From Verrucomicrobiales bacterium (GTDB taxonomy: Bacteria; Verrucomicrobiota; Verrucomicrobiia; Verrucomicrobiales; V1-33), in NCBI GenBank assembly GCA_050998515.1, contig JBPCQC010000008.1:7601-71600 (forward strand): DNA of 64,000 nt, written 5' to 3'. Below are positions 50,593 to 60,498 of the stretch, piece after piece (position 1 is the first letter of the stretch; every line of letters begins with the position of its first letter). The notes under the pieces were generated by a model. The model worked only from the letters and a program-made list of their open reading frames with translations, did no database searches and was not told where the DNA came from. The position numbers were made by a program, and so were the translations under genes.

Positions 50593-51873
50593 TCACCGCC
50601 CAAAGCGATAGACATGCACCTCGAATGGCCCGAACCAATCGGTGAGCTTTCCTTCCCTGGCTTCGACGGAACGCGGCGGCTCGAACATGACTTGGCCTTG
50701 TTTTGCCCAGGCGGGCAGTCCGGTGAAGTTGACGTTGACGGTGGCGCCTTCGCGCTTGCAAGCGAGGATGAATAGTTCATCGCCCGCCTCGCGGACGCAA
50801 AACTCGACATCGGTCGCACCGTTCGTTTGGATGAGCAGTTTTGAATTCGGCGCGATGAGTGCGGGATAAAGCGGGCTCTTTTCGCCGATCTCCTCGATAA
50901 CCGGGCGGAGGACGCGTTGCCAGAAGCGCCAGTTCCAGCCCAACGCCGAATCTTCGGCCGACATCGCCTTGGGAATGTGGCCGCCGAAGTAGATAAGGCC
51001 GCGAGCGCCGTTGATGATCGCCTGGTAGGTCATGAAGCGTTCTTCGGCGAACGTCGGGAAGCGGAGCGTCTTTCCGGGCTTGATCACACCGCTCCATGAG
51101 ATTTGCAGCGTCATCCAGACTGGCATCCTGCCTCCAGCCACTTCCATCATTTTCCTGGTGTAGTCGCCGACCATGCTGATTTCTTTGTTAGGAAGCAGCG
51201 AGTGCGTGCCGGGCGGATAGCCCACAGGATAAATATCCGCGGCGATGATGTCGGTCGTCGCGTTGTAAGGCTTCAGGCTTTCGACCGTGCCGCGCGGGGC
51301 CTGCGTGATTTCAATCGGATGGTTCGGGTCCAGCTCGCGGATGATTTCCGTCACGCGCAGCATCGGGGGGATCGGATGTTTCCCCCATTCCGGCTCATCG
51401 ACGTGTTTCCACATGCCCATGCCCGGATGGTCTTTGAAACGATTGATCAGCTTGCGCAGGGTGGCTTCTTTCGCTGCGTCTTCGGGACCGATGCTGCCCA
51501 GCTCGCGCAGGTTGACCAGGCAATGCATGCCGTACCGGGCCGCCGCGTCCTGATACTTTTGCTCGAGTTCGAACGCCGCGTCGTTCCACTCGGTGCCCAT
51601 CACGCCAGTGCGCAGAAACGTGGCGCCCGCGTCGTGCAGTTCCTCGATGCCGTTCCTGCCGGCCGGCGTCTTTCCGTCCGGCGGCGGTGGCATCGTAAAG
51701 CCAATGGGAAAAACCTTCTTCCCGCCGATGACGAGCAGGCCATCGTGATCGATGGTGACCTTGGAAGCCTGAGCGGCGCTGGTGAGTAGGAAAATAACTC
51801 CCCCTAACAAAGAACGAGACAGCGACAGCAATGCTGCGCTTCGGCGAGCGGGCAGGGGAAGAGCAAGGGCCAC
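50593..51873 (-). CDS. Secreted glycoside-hydrolase-like TIM-barrel protein
   Basis: Signal peptide; FPIG, KDHPG...W...DEP, DIYPV, PVWMTLQ, GARGLIYF. Confidence 0.65.
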   Translation of the reverse strand: MALALPLPARRSAALLSLSRSLLGGVIFLLTSAAQASKVTIDHDGLLVIGGKKVFPIGFTMPPPPDGKTPAGRNGIEELHDAGATFLRTGVMGTEWNDAAFELEQKYQDAAARYGMHCLVNLRELGSIGPEDAAKEATLRKLINRFKDHPGMGMWKHVDEPEWGKHPIPPMLRVTEIIRELDPNHPIEITQAPRGTVESLKPYNATTDIIAADIYPVGYPPGTHSLLPNKEISMVGDYTRKMMEVAGGRMPVWMTLQISWSGVIKPGKTLRFPTFAEERFMTYQAIINGARGLIYFGGHIPKAMSAEDSALGWNWRFWQRVLRPVIEEIGEKSPLYPALIAPNSKLLIQTNGATDVEFCVREAGDELFILACKREGATVNVNFTGLPAWAKQGQVMFEPPRSVEAREGKLTDWFGPFEVHVYRFGR

Positions 51874-52078
51874 GGAGGAAAAAGACGATACCTAAAAGCG
51901 AAACGACTCGAAGTGAAGAAGAAAGCGAATGGTGTCGGTCTTTCGATGCTGGCAGTCAGTGGAACTACGACGCCACCGATATTGGTGGCGATTCCCACTT
52001 TTTGCGTTAGGAATTCCCTGATGGTGCGGCGCTTGCCGGGGCCCGGATCGCGAGTCTATTGGCACCGGCATTCTTCTT

Positions 52079-54256
52079 ATGGCCTACCGCGCGCCCCGTT
52101 CACCTCGATCTCCATGTCCGCCTCGTCGGGTCCCGGCATCCTCCGCCTCCCGCAGGAAAGGCTCAGGCGGAATGGTGAAGCTGATCGCGCTCGGCGCCGT
52201 GGCCGCGGGCGTGGTTTGGTGGCTGCAACGCCCGCCAGGTGCCGAGCCAAGCGCTGAGCCAATCGCGATCCAGCCGTCGGCAACGGCTCCCGCCAAAGCT
52301 GCGGCCGAGAAGTCCAGCCCCCCCAAAGGGCCGAACATCCCGTTGCCTGAAGAACTTTTGATGCCACCGGTCGCAAAGTCCGCCCCGACGGTTCCCGCCA
52401 CCGAGGAGGTTGCGCCACCGGAGATTTCCGAGACCGCGGCCCCGACTATCTCCGCGTCCTCCGAAATTGTTCAGCCGACCGGCCGCTATCCCCAACTTCT
52501 CGTTCTCGATGAAGTCGCCGCGGCCCACTCGGACAACGTCAAAGCGCGCGCCGATGCCCTTAACGAGGCTTTCAGTTTTGCGGATTGGGTCGGCTACCGC
52601 GCGTGTTTGGCCCGTTCGCTGGCCGCTCACAGCAAGAAAATGGGTCAATGGCGGGCCGATGACGACGTGACGCGCCTGGTCAAGAATCCATATTTCGACG
52701 AAGCCCTGCGCCGTTATGCGCTGCTCGCCCGGCTTCGCAACGCCGCGCAAACGCTCTGGCCGAAAAGCCCAACCCATCGTGACTTTGTCCAATGGCTGCT
52801 CGATACACCGGACGCAGCCGAGTCATTTTTGCTGGTGACGCTCTCGCGCGAGAAACTGGTGCCGACGTTGCGCACCTGGGCGGAACTTTGGTCGGAAGAC
52901 AAAGAGGCCGCTGGCCGTTACCGCGAACTGGCGCTGGCTTGCGCGCTCGTGTATCCCGAGCCGCGCAGCTTTTCCTGGAATAAAGAAAAGATCAAAGTTT
53001 CGGCGATGGAACGTTACGCATGGTACAAGCGCCATGCCAGCGAGGGCGACCTCGAAGGCAAGATTCACCAACTGTCAGCACGTGACCTGGTGTGGGTGGT
53101 CAACGCCCGCGTGCCTGAATCCGAACTCGAGTGGGCGCTCAAAAAAGTGCGCCTCAAGCAAAAGAGCTGGGGCGAAGCCTACGGAATGGTCGAATACGAC
53201 ATGGAAAAAGCCGTCAAAGGCGGCTCGAAGTATGACAGCTACACTTTCGCGGAAATCTTAAAGAAGGGCGGCATCTGCGGAGACCGAACCTATTTCGCCG
53301 CGAATACCGCCCGCGCCAACGGCATCCCCGCAGCCGAACTCAGCGGCGATGGCAAACGCGGACCGCACGCGTGGGTGGCGTGGCTCGCCGACGACAACGA
53401 ATGGCAGACCTCGGGTCGGTTTGGCGATTATGGCTTGGGTCATGCCAGTCACCCGCTTACCCGCCGCAGCGTTTCCGAACAGGAATTCTTCTGGCGCAGC
53501 GCGGGACGCAAAGTGGATCCCGACAAAATGGCGCGCACCATCCGCCTGCTGTGGCTGGCCGAACTTTTTCTCGACCAGGATGAAATGGATCGCGTGCTTC
53601 AGTCCTACGATTACGCCGTCAAGGCCTCACCGGCATGGCCCGAGGTGTGGCGCAGCCGCATCGAGTTCTGGCTGGAACATCGCCTCGATGCGCCGGTCGA
53701 ACAGTGGCGCGACCTCGTCGATGCCATGAAAAAGGAATTTCGCGAGGACGGCGAATTGATGAGGCTGGCCCGGCGAGCGGAAGAAGAGGTCATTTTCAAA
53801 CAGTCCGACGCCAAGCTCGTGATGAAGGGCCTGAAAAAGGACACCCGAAAACTGGCGGGTGAAGAGTCGGTAATCGACGTCAAGGATTTGGCGCTCACGT
53901 TTAAACGCCAGGCGGATGTTCATAAAGCGAACAACGATCTCGAGGGGGTGCGCAGCGTTTATCGCAAGGCCATGGGCGACACCACCAATCCTGCCTTCTT
54001 CAAAGTGCTGGCCCGCAATTATTTCGACTGTGTGCGGGCCGAAGTCCAACTGGCCCAGAGAGCGTGCCGGGATATGGAATCGGCGTTCAATCGCCACCTC
54101 GATGAAGGGGGCGACTATTTCGACATCCAGAGCCAGAATTCAGCGCTCGAAATCATCATCGATTGCTACAAGACCGCCGGCGAAACTAAAAAGGCGGACT
54201 CACTGCAAAGAGATCTTGACCGGCGGTCAAATAAGTCAGTGCGCAAAGCGCTGTGA
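52079..54256 (+). CDS. Membrane-anchored transglutaminase-like protein with a helical C-terminus
   Basis: N-terminal TM and Pro/Ala linker; GGICGDRTYFA...ANGIPA...HAW. Confidence 0.65.
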   Translation: MAYRAPRSPRSPCPPRRVPASSASRRKGSGGMVKLIALGAVAAGVVWWLQRPPGAEPSAEPIAIQPSATAPAKAAAEKSSPPKGPNIPLPEELLMPPVAKSAPTVPATEEVAPPEISETAAPTISASSEIVQPTGRYPQLLVLDEVAAAHSDNVKARADALNEAFSFADWVGYRACLARSLAAHSKKMGQWRADDDVTRLVKNPYFDEALRRYALLARLRNAAQTLWPKSPTHRDFVQWLLDTPDAAESFLLVTLSREKLVPTLRTWAELWSEDKEAAGRYRELALACALVYPEPRSFSWNKEKIKVSAMERYAWYKRHASEGDLEGKIHQLSARDLVWVVNARVPESELEWALKKVRLKQKSWGEAYGMVEYDMEKAVKGGSKYDSYTFAEILKKGGICGDRTYFAANTARANGIPAAELSGDGKRGPHAWVAWLADDNEWQTSGRFGDYGLGHASHPLTRRSVSEQEFFWRSAGRKVDPDKMARTIRLLWLAELFLDQDEMDRVLQSYDYAVKASPAWPEVWRSRIEFWLEHRLDAPVEQWRDLVDAMKKEFREDGELMRLARRAEEEVIFKQSDAKLVMKGLKKDTRKLAGEESVIDVKDLALTFKRQADVHKANNDLEGVRSVYRKAMGDTTNPAFFKVLARNYFDCVRAEVQLAQRACRDMESAFNRHLDEGGDYFDIQSQNSALEIIIDCYKTAGETKKADSLQRDLDRRSNKSVRKAL

Positions 54257-54257
54257 A

Positions 54258-54315
54258 GTGGCGGCAGCTTCCAGCTTGCGATTTGCCAGGGTAACAAGCT
54301 GGAAGCTTGCTCTAC
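54258..54315. repeat. REP-like doublet
   Basis: GTGGCGGCAGCTTCCAGCTTG ... CAAGCTGGAAGCTTGCTCTAC, inverted arms with GTGG/GTAG ends. Confidence 0.7.
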
Positions 54316-54360
54316 TTGTCACTTGCAGGCATGCCGCGTTCGCAGTCAGTTCCAACCTCC

Positions 54361-56583
54361 ATGAAAGCGCTTTCGTTTTTCTCGCTGCTTCTCGCCGTTT
54401 CCGCATTCGCGGCCGATTGGAAACCCGCCCCGGGAAAACTCATGAGCCGGTGGGCAAAAGACGTCAACCCCGAGGCGCCGCTGCTGGAATACCCTCGACC
54501 GCAAATGGTCCGCAAGGAATGGGTGAATCTGAACGGCCTGTGGGAATACGCCATCACGCCGAAAGATGCGCCCCAGCCGGACAAATGGGACGGCAAAATC
54601 CTCGTCCCGTTCTGCATCGAGAGCGCGCTCTCCGGCGTGGGGAAAACCGTCGGCGAAAACAGCCGGCTCTGGTATCGGCTGCAAAGCGACAGGCTCGTAC
54701 CGCGCGATGGCAAACGCTGGCTGCTCCACTTCGGAGCTGTGGACTGGCACGCCACCATTTCAGTCAACGGAAAAAAAGTCGGCGAACACAAAGGCGGCTA
54801 CGATCCGTTTTCCTTCGACGTCACTGACGCGCTGAAAAAAGACGGCCCGCAGGAAATCATCCTCAGCGTTTGGGATCCGAGCGACGCAAGCTGGATTCCC
54901 CGCGGCAAACAAGTCCGCAAACCCGAAGGCATCTGGTACACCAGCGTCACCGGCATCTGGCAGACAGTGTGGGCCGAGCCGGTGCCTGTTATTCATATTG
55001 ATTCGATCAAGGTCACCGCCGATCCAGATAAAGGCACGGTCACCGTGACAACGAGCAAGCCGTGGGCAAACGCCTCATTGGTGGTAGCAGATGGCGACGA
55101 GGAGATGGCTGCGGTACAAGGAGTGTCGGGCGCGGCACTGAGCGTCAGCATTTCCGATCCCAAACTTTGGACGCCGGAAAATCCTCATCTCTATGGCCTG
55201 ACAATCTCACTTGCCGGCGGGACTGATATTGTCGAATCCTATTTCGCCTTCCGCAAGATTTCGTTAGGCAAGGATGAAAACGGCGTGACGCGCATTCTTC
55301 TCAACGGCAAACCTTACTTTCACTACGGGCCGCTGGATCAAGGCTGGTGGCCGGATGGCCTTTACACGGCGCCCACCGATGAAGCGCTGAAGTATGACAT
55401 CGAGATGACGAAGCGCTGGGGCATGAACATGGCGCGCAAGCACGTGAAGGTCGAGCCGGCGCGCTGGTATCATTGGTGCGACAAGCTCGGACTGCTGGTC
55501 TGGCAGGACATGCCCAGTGGCGACAAATTCATCGGGCCTCGGGATCCGGATATCACCCGCAGCCCCGAGTCGACGGCGAACTTCGAGAACGAGTGGCGCG
55601 AGATCATCAACGACTTCCGCCATTTTCCCTCGATCATCATGTGGGTCCCCTTCAACGAAGGCTGGGGACAGTTTGATACCAGGCGCATCGTTGATTTCAC
55701 CCGGCAACTCGACCCAACGCGGCTCGTGAACTGCGCCTCTGGATGGACCGACCGCCCAGGCATCGGCGACGTGATTGACATGCACAGCTATCCGGGGCCC
55801 GGCATGTTTCCGCCGGAGGAAAAACGCGCCAGTGTGCTCGGCGAATTCGGCGGGCTTGGGCTGCCGGTCGAAGGTCACACCTGGCTGCAGAAAGGAAACT
55901 GGGGCTACCGCAGTTTTACCGATAAGGAATCGCTCGGCAAGGCGTACGAAGACCTGCTGCGCCGGCTCCGCCCGCTGGTCTGGCAGGGCCTGAGTGCCGC
56001 GATTTATACCCAAACCACCGATGTGGAAATCGAGGTAAACGGCCTCATGACCTACGACCGCGCAGTCGAGAAAGGGCCGGCTTCCGCGCTTGAGCCAACA
56101 AAAAAACTCTACGAGACGCGCGGCAAGGTGGTCACCATCCTTCCGACCTCCCAAGAGAAACCACGCGAGTGGACGTGGACAACATCGAGGCCGCCTGATG
56201 AATGGACGAAAGTCGATTTTGCAGCCACTGGCTGGCAGCGCGGCCCCGCGGGATTTGGGGAAAAATCGACGCCGGGTTCCGTGGTGCGCACCGAATGGAA
56301 AATGAAAGAGCTGTGGCTGCGGCAGGAATTTACACTTCCCGAGATGGCACTGCACGATCCGCATCTCATGATTCATTACGATGAGGACCCAGAGGTCTTC
56401 ATCAACGGCGTGCCCGCCTATTCCACGAAGGGTTACCAGACCAGCTATACCCTCGCGACGATCTCGCCCGAGGCCCGCAAGGCGCTTCGCCCAGGCCGCA
56501 ACATCGTCGCCATTCACGTTCGCAATGCCGGCGGCGGCCAATACATCGATGCCGGGATCGCCGATTTGGTGCCGGCGAGGTAA
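54361..56583 (+). CDS. Glycoside hydrolase family 2 (beta-galactosidase-like), secreted
   Basis: EYPRPQ, LNGLW, HFGAVDW, GIWQTVW, RKHVKVEP, FNEGWG acid/base, GEFGG nucleophile. Confidence 0.92.
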   Translation: MKALSFFSLLLAVSAFAADWKPAPGKLMSRWAKDVNPEAPLLEYPRPQMVRKEWVNLNGLWEYAITPKDAPQPDKWDGKILVPFCIESALSGVGKTVGENSRLWYRLQSDRLVPRDGKRWLLHFGAVDWHATISVNGKKVGEHKGGYDPFSFDVTDALKKDGPQEIILSVWDPSDASWIPRGKQVRKPEGIWYTSVTGIWQTVWAEPVPVIHIDSIKVTADPDKGTVTVTTSKPWANASLVVADGDEEMAAVQGVSGAALSVSISDPKLWTPENPHLYGLTISLAGGTDIVESYFAFRKISLGKDENGVTRILLNGKPYFHYGPLDQGWWPDGLYTAPTDEALKYDIEMTKRWGMNMARKHVKVEPARWYHWCDKLGLLVWQDMPSGDKFIGPRDPDITRSPESTANFENEWREIINDFRHFPSIIMWVPFNEGWGQFDTRRIVDFTRQLDPTRLVNCASGWTDRPGIGDVIDMHSYPGPGMFPPEEKRASVLGEFGGLGLPVEGHTWLQKGNWGYRSFTDKESLGKAYEDLLRRLRPLVWQGLSAAIYTQTTDVEIEVNGLMTYDRAVEKGPASALEPTKKLYETRGKVVTILPTSQEKPREWTWTTSRPPDEWTKVDFAATGWQRGPAGFGEKSTPGSVVRTEWKMKELWLRQEFTLPEMALHDPHLMIHYDEDPEVFINGVPAYSTKGYQTSYTLATISPEARKALRPGRNIVAIHVRNAGGGQYIDAGIADLVPAR

Positions 56584-56702
56584 TGGCGGTGCGTGCGGCT
56601 CGCGCGTTTGGTGATCGGTGGCACGAGCGGCTCGCGCGTGTTGTTCCATGGCCGGCTCGGCCATGGTTGTTTATTTGTTCACGGCCGAGCCGGCCGTGGT
56701 AC
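56584..56702. repeat. REP-like palindromic cluster
   Basis: CCATGGCCGGCTCGGCCATGG and CACGGCCGAGCCGGCCGTGGTAC; two GCGGCTCGCGCGT copies. Confidence 0.65.
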
Positions 56703-56948
56703 TATTGCAGCGGGAACGACTCTGGAATGCAGGAATAGCCTCGAACACAGACCTCATGATCATCGGCTAGTTCAGGATCGACAATAACTTTTAAGTAACC
56801 ACAGGTCTCGGCCCTTCGCAAAAAATCTCTAACAACGGACCACCGATTTTCGCCGTAAATGGCAAAGGTTCGCTGGTAGAAGTCATAACCTGACGGGGTG
56901 ACGGTAAAGCGTATCGTTAATCACATTGCGAATTCGCGCCTGAATCAT
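56702..56948 (-). pseudogene. Lower-GC frameshifted gene remnant
   Basis: MIQARIRNVINDTLYRHP plus, in another frame, SGYDFYQRTFAIYGENRWSVVRDFLRRAETCGYLKVIVDPELADD...*. Confidence 0.35.
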
Positions 56949-57030
56949 TGCGGGAATATTCTTATGGGAGGATAGACGTCGATCCGATAAATCGCCTAAC
57001 CGCGCTCTCGCCGGCGGGATAGTGCAAACC

Positions 57031-57080
57031 TGGTTGGCGAGGGCACCGACCACAGCACGCGAGGGCGCATGCGCTCCCCA
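57031..57080. repeat. REP-like palindromes
   Basis: TGGTTGGCGAGGGCACCGACCA and AGCACGCGAGGGCGCATGCGCTCCCCA share a CGAGGGC loop. Confidence 0.55.
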
Positions 57081-57095
57081 AGGAACTGAGAAGGC

Positions 57096-57590
57096 TCACG
57101 GCTTGCTCGCGATCACTTCCAGCGGCTCGACGGTCCATTTGCCGTCGGTGGAAGGGCGGGCGAGGTAGCGCCGGCGTTCCATTTTGTCTCCGAATGCCCA
57201 GGCAGCGACGATTTCCCGCACCGAGTCCTCACGCGGCTCGACGCTCGTGATCTGCAATTGCAGCGGCTGAAAATTGGTCTCGCGATCGACGACCCGAGCC
57301 ACCGGACCGACCCAGACCTGCGTCATGCGGCTCGATGAAACCAGCGGCAGGCCCAGGTCCGAAAGTCTCCCGCGAAACTCCTGGGAACTGTCTTTCATTC
57401 GCTCGCTGAAAACGATGATGCCAACTTTGGCCTCACCTGCCGGCTCGGCGTCAGCGAAGACGCGGCGCACCACCGCTTCGACAGCAGGCAGCTCGAATTT
57501 CGAAGTATCGATGGGCGGGGGCTGCTTGCGATGGCAAGCCACGGTCAGGCCGGCCAGGGCCGCGAGGGTAAGAAACGCGGGTGCGGACAC
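57096..57590 (-). CDS. Hypothetical lipoprotein
   Basis: Lipobox LTVAC; 6 nt downstream of the OmpA-domain gene. Confidence 0.7.
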   Translation of the reverse strand: MSAPAFLTLAALAGLTVACHRKQPPPIDTSKFELPAVEAVVRRVFADAEPAGEAKVGIIVFSERMKDSSQEFRGRLSDLGLPLVSSSRMTQVWVGPVARVVDRETNFQPLQLQITSVEPREDSVREIVAAWAFGDKMERRRYLARPSTDGKWTVEPLEVIASKP

Positions 57591-57596
57591 TCGTTT

Positions 57597-59198
57597 TTAA
57601 AAGTCGAGGTAAATCTCAGTGCGGCGGTTGCGCGACCGGCCCTCGGGATCATCGCTGCCGTCTGGACGAGTGTTAGGACCAAGCGGCTGCAGCTTGCCGA
57701 ACCCCTGGGTGACGACCTGCTCCGCGGCCACACCGAGCGCAGCGAGCGAACTTTTAACGGCGAAGGCGCGCGCGGCTGAAAGCTGCATGTTGTAGTCGTC
57801 GGTGCCCAGAGCGTCGGCGTGGCCGGAGAGCCGGATTTTCCGGTTCGGATCATCGCGCAGAAGGTTGGCCACAATTTCGAGTTGCCTCTGCGCCCGCGGC
57901 ACCAGGCCCGCTTCATTGAAATCAAAATACACTACTAACGACTCGCCACCGTTTGGGTTTTGCACGATCGGCATGTAAGCCGCGCCGCCGGCTGCCCCGG
58001 CCAATTTCATGTACGAGGCGAGAAGCTTGGAAAAATTAAGCCCTGCCACCTGCCAGGCACCCGCATTGGTTTTCTGGAGCTCGATGCCGAAATCCGAGTC
58101 CTGCGCGTCGCGGGTCGAGTGAACTTTAACGATGACCCACGCGGAATCTGTTCCCGCGACGGTGGCGCTGAGCGGGCGATTCAGCGCCACATGGTAATCA
58201 CCCTCCTCGAACAAAATGCAAAGCCCGGCCACTTTTTCGCGCGTTACCTTTTCGATGGCAGTCACCCCACGCGCGGCAGCGTAATCCTGCGCCAGCACCG
58301 CTTTCAAAAAACGAGCCGCAACTTTGAGGGGATCGTCTTTTTCCTCTTCGGAACTGGCCAGAGCCGCCGGAACCTGGTCCGCTCCCAGGCGCTCGCCGAT
58401 CCGGTTTCGCAACGCTTCTGAAAAATGGACGGCCGCAGCTTTCCATCCTCGGTCGAGATCACGCGTAACGTCGATTTCAAATGTCAGCGCGTCGTCGGAG
58501 AGAGCACTGGGGGAAGCACCGGCGGGTGCCGTTCGGGGTCGGACGATGGCACGAGGTGCGGAGTCGGAGCTGGAGACGTCCGGCACAGCGGTCGAGGATG
58601 GGGGCCGCAACGCCAGTTCGGCGTCCAGTGGCGAAGGAGGAACACCTTCGGCGGCACCGGTGTTGGCAAGGGCCTCAGCGCTCGACGGCGGAATCAAAGG
58701 CGGCGCGGCACTCTTTCCGGCGTCGCCCAAAAGCACGGCCCATCGGTACAACTCGCCCACGTCGCCGATTTCCTGCAGCGAATTTCCAGGGGCGGGGCGA
58801 AACCCGGCCGTGCCAAATACCGTTTCGAAAAACACACCCCTTTCACCTGCCAACGCTTCGCTGCCCAAAAGCTCGGCGGCTTTCTTCGCGTCTCCCGCTG
58901 TAAGTTGCGCGGCCACCGTTTGCACAAAAGAACGGGGACTTGCAAAACGAGCCGGAATAGCCAGAGGGATGTCCACCGGTTTTTCGCTCTGCGGCTGTGC
59001 TGTTTCTTCGGAAGCCGTTGCAGCGGGCACAGCCGCGGGAACGGGTTGGTTGGCCGCCTGTCGCTTGCGCGCCATTTGGCGCGGCAGCGTGAGCACGAAG
59101 AAAAATATGACGCTCAGGATGACGATGCCGAAGAAAACGATAATCGGCGTCGCACTGTTGCCGCGCTGGGCGCCGCGGCCTTGAAACGTGGTGTGCAT
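57597..59198 (-). CDS. Membrane-anchored OmpA-like peptidoglycan-binding domain protein
   Basis: N-terminal TM; C-terminal VYFDFN, GHADALG..YNMQLSAARA, GFGK..P, NRRTEI. Confidence 0.88.
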   Translation of the reverse strand: MHTTFQGRGAQRGNSATPIIVFFGIVILSVIFFFVLTLPRQMARKRQAANQPVPAAVPAATASEETAQPQSEKPVDIPLAIPARFASPRSFVQTVAAQLTAGDAKKAAELLGSEALAGERGVFFETVFGTAGFRPAPGNSLQEIGDVGELYRWAVLLGDAGKSAAPPLIPPSSAEALANTGAAEGVPPSPLDAELALRPPSSTAVPDVSSSDSAPRAIVRPRTAPAGASPSALSDDALTFEIDVTRDLDRGWKAAAVHFSEALRNRIGERLGADQVPAALASSEEEKDDPLKVAARFLKAVLAQDYAAARGVTAIEKVTREKVAGLCILFEEGDYHVALNRPLSATVAGTDSAWVIVKVHSTRDAQDSDFGIELQKTNAGAWQVAGLNFSKLLASYMKLAGAAGGAAYMPIVQNPNGGESLVVYFDFNEAGLVPRAQRQLEIVANLLRDDPNRKIRLSGHADALGTDDYNMQLSAARAFAVKSSLAALGVAAEQVVTQGFGKLQPLGPNTRPDGSDDPEGRSRNRRTEIYLDF

Positions 59199-59337
59199 GT
59201 GCTGGAGGGCAGCTTACGGCGGTTGAGGGCTAAATTCAACGCAGCGGGTTGCGGACATCGGGAGCGCGTGAACCGCGAACAGCGAACCCATTTCGCCGTT
59301 CGACTTGGTTCGATCCTTCGGCAAAAGTGCGGGATTG

Positions 59338-60498
59338 ATGATTGGCATTACTCCTGTCGAACACAGCGATCCGACCAATGCCCGCATTCTTGCGGTGTCC
59401 GAAGACCGCTTGCAGGGCTTTCATGCGGACCCTTTCCATGAGATAGCACGCCAATCAGGACTCGATCTCGATACCGTGCTTTCGCGCATCCGCGCCATGC
59501 TCGAAGGCGGCGTGATTCGCCGCGTGCGGCAAACGTTGAACTCGACCAAGCTCGCCCATGGCGCCCTGTGCGCCTGGAGAGTTGATCCCGCGTCGTTGGA
59601 TCGCACTTTCGACTTCATGTTCGAGCGCGACCCTTTTAGCGGACATGTCGTCACGCGCTCGACTGATCGGGACATTGCCGGGGCTGATTACCGGTTGTGG
59701 ACGACTTTGAAGGTCCCGATCGGGGAGTCCCTCGAACGCCATGCTCGCGTTTTGCAGCGGCTGACCGGCGCCAGCGATTTCGTGCTTCTGCCCGCCAAAG
59801 GGATTTTTGCTTTGGGGGTCGGCCACGTTCGGCGCAAGACCATCGATCCCGGAGATCGCGCGACGGAACCGGCGCGAATGATCCCGACGGACCCGGTGCC
59901 CCTTTCGTCTCTCGAATGGAACGTGCTTTTGGCTTTGAAAGATGAGCTCAACCCCCAGGAAATCGTGGCGGATCCATGGCGGCACAGGGCGGCGGTAGCG
60001 GGGGTCAGCCGAGAGGAATTTGTTCGAGTGTGCCAGGCCCTCGAGTCAAAGAAACTCCTCGGTCGATTCTCGACATTTCTCGAGCACGTCAAACCCTCCG
60101 CGAGTGGGCAGCGGGTCACGCGATTTAATGGGCTGTTTCATTGGGCGGTTCCCAAGGGAATGGAGGTGAAAGCGGGCGGCGAAGTAGGCCGTCACACCTG
60201 CATGACGCACTGTTACTGGCGGGAGGGCGGACCAAGGTTTGGCGACGTGAACATCATGGGGGTCATTCACGGCCAGGAAAAAGATCGTGTCCTCGCCCAT
60301 AAGGCCGCCATCGACCGTCACCTCGTTGAAGAAGGAATCCCCATTCTCTACACAAATGTTTTTTGGGGCGGCCGCAGCGAAATCAAGCCCAGTGAAATTT
60401 CTCCCAAGGTTTTCTGCGTCTGGCACGAGCAAATGAGCGGCCAGGCGGAGGCAAGTTTCGGGGAGGGCTCGAAGCTAATAACCGGCCCTTTGCAGTAG
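59338..60498 (+). CDS. Lrp/AsnC-fold protein, likely a fused siroheme decarboxylase (AhbA/B, NirDL/GH-like)
   Basis: Two HTH+RAM halves (PFHEIA...GALCAW...HVVTR; THCYWR...MGVIHG). Confidence 0.65.
   Translation: MIGITPVEHSDPTNARILAVSEDRLQGFHADPFHEIARQSGLDLDTVLSRIRAMLEGGVIRRVRQTLNSTKLAHGALCAWRVDPASLDRTFDFMFERDPFSGHVVTRSTDRDIAGADYRLWTTLKVPIGESLERHARVLQRLTGASDFVLLPAKGIFALGVGHVRRKTIDPGDRATEPARMIPTDPVPLSSLEWNVLLALKDELNPQEIVADPWRHRAAVAGVSREEFVRVCQALESKKLLGRFSTFLEHVKPSASGQRVTRFNGLFHWAVPKGMEVKAGGEVGRHTCMTHCYWREGGPRFGDVNIMGVIHGQEKDRVLAHKAAIDRHLVEEGIPILYTNVFWGGRSEIKPSEISPKVFCVWHEQMSGQAEASFGEGSKLITGPLQ

Noticed and set aside
55264-56664. 466-aa minus-strand ORF
   Set aside because: Antisense shadow of the GH2 gene.
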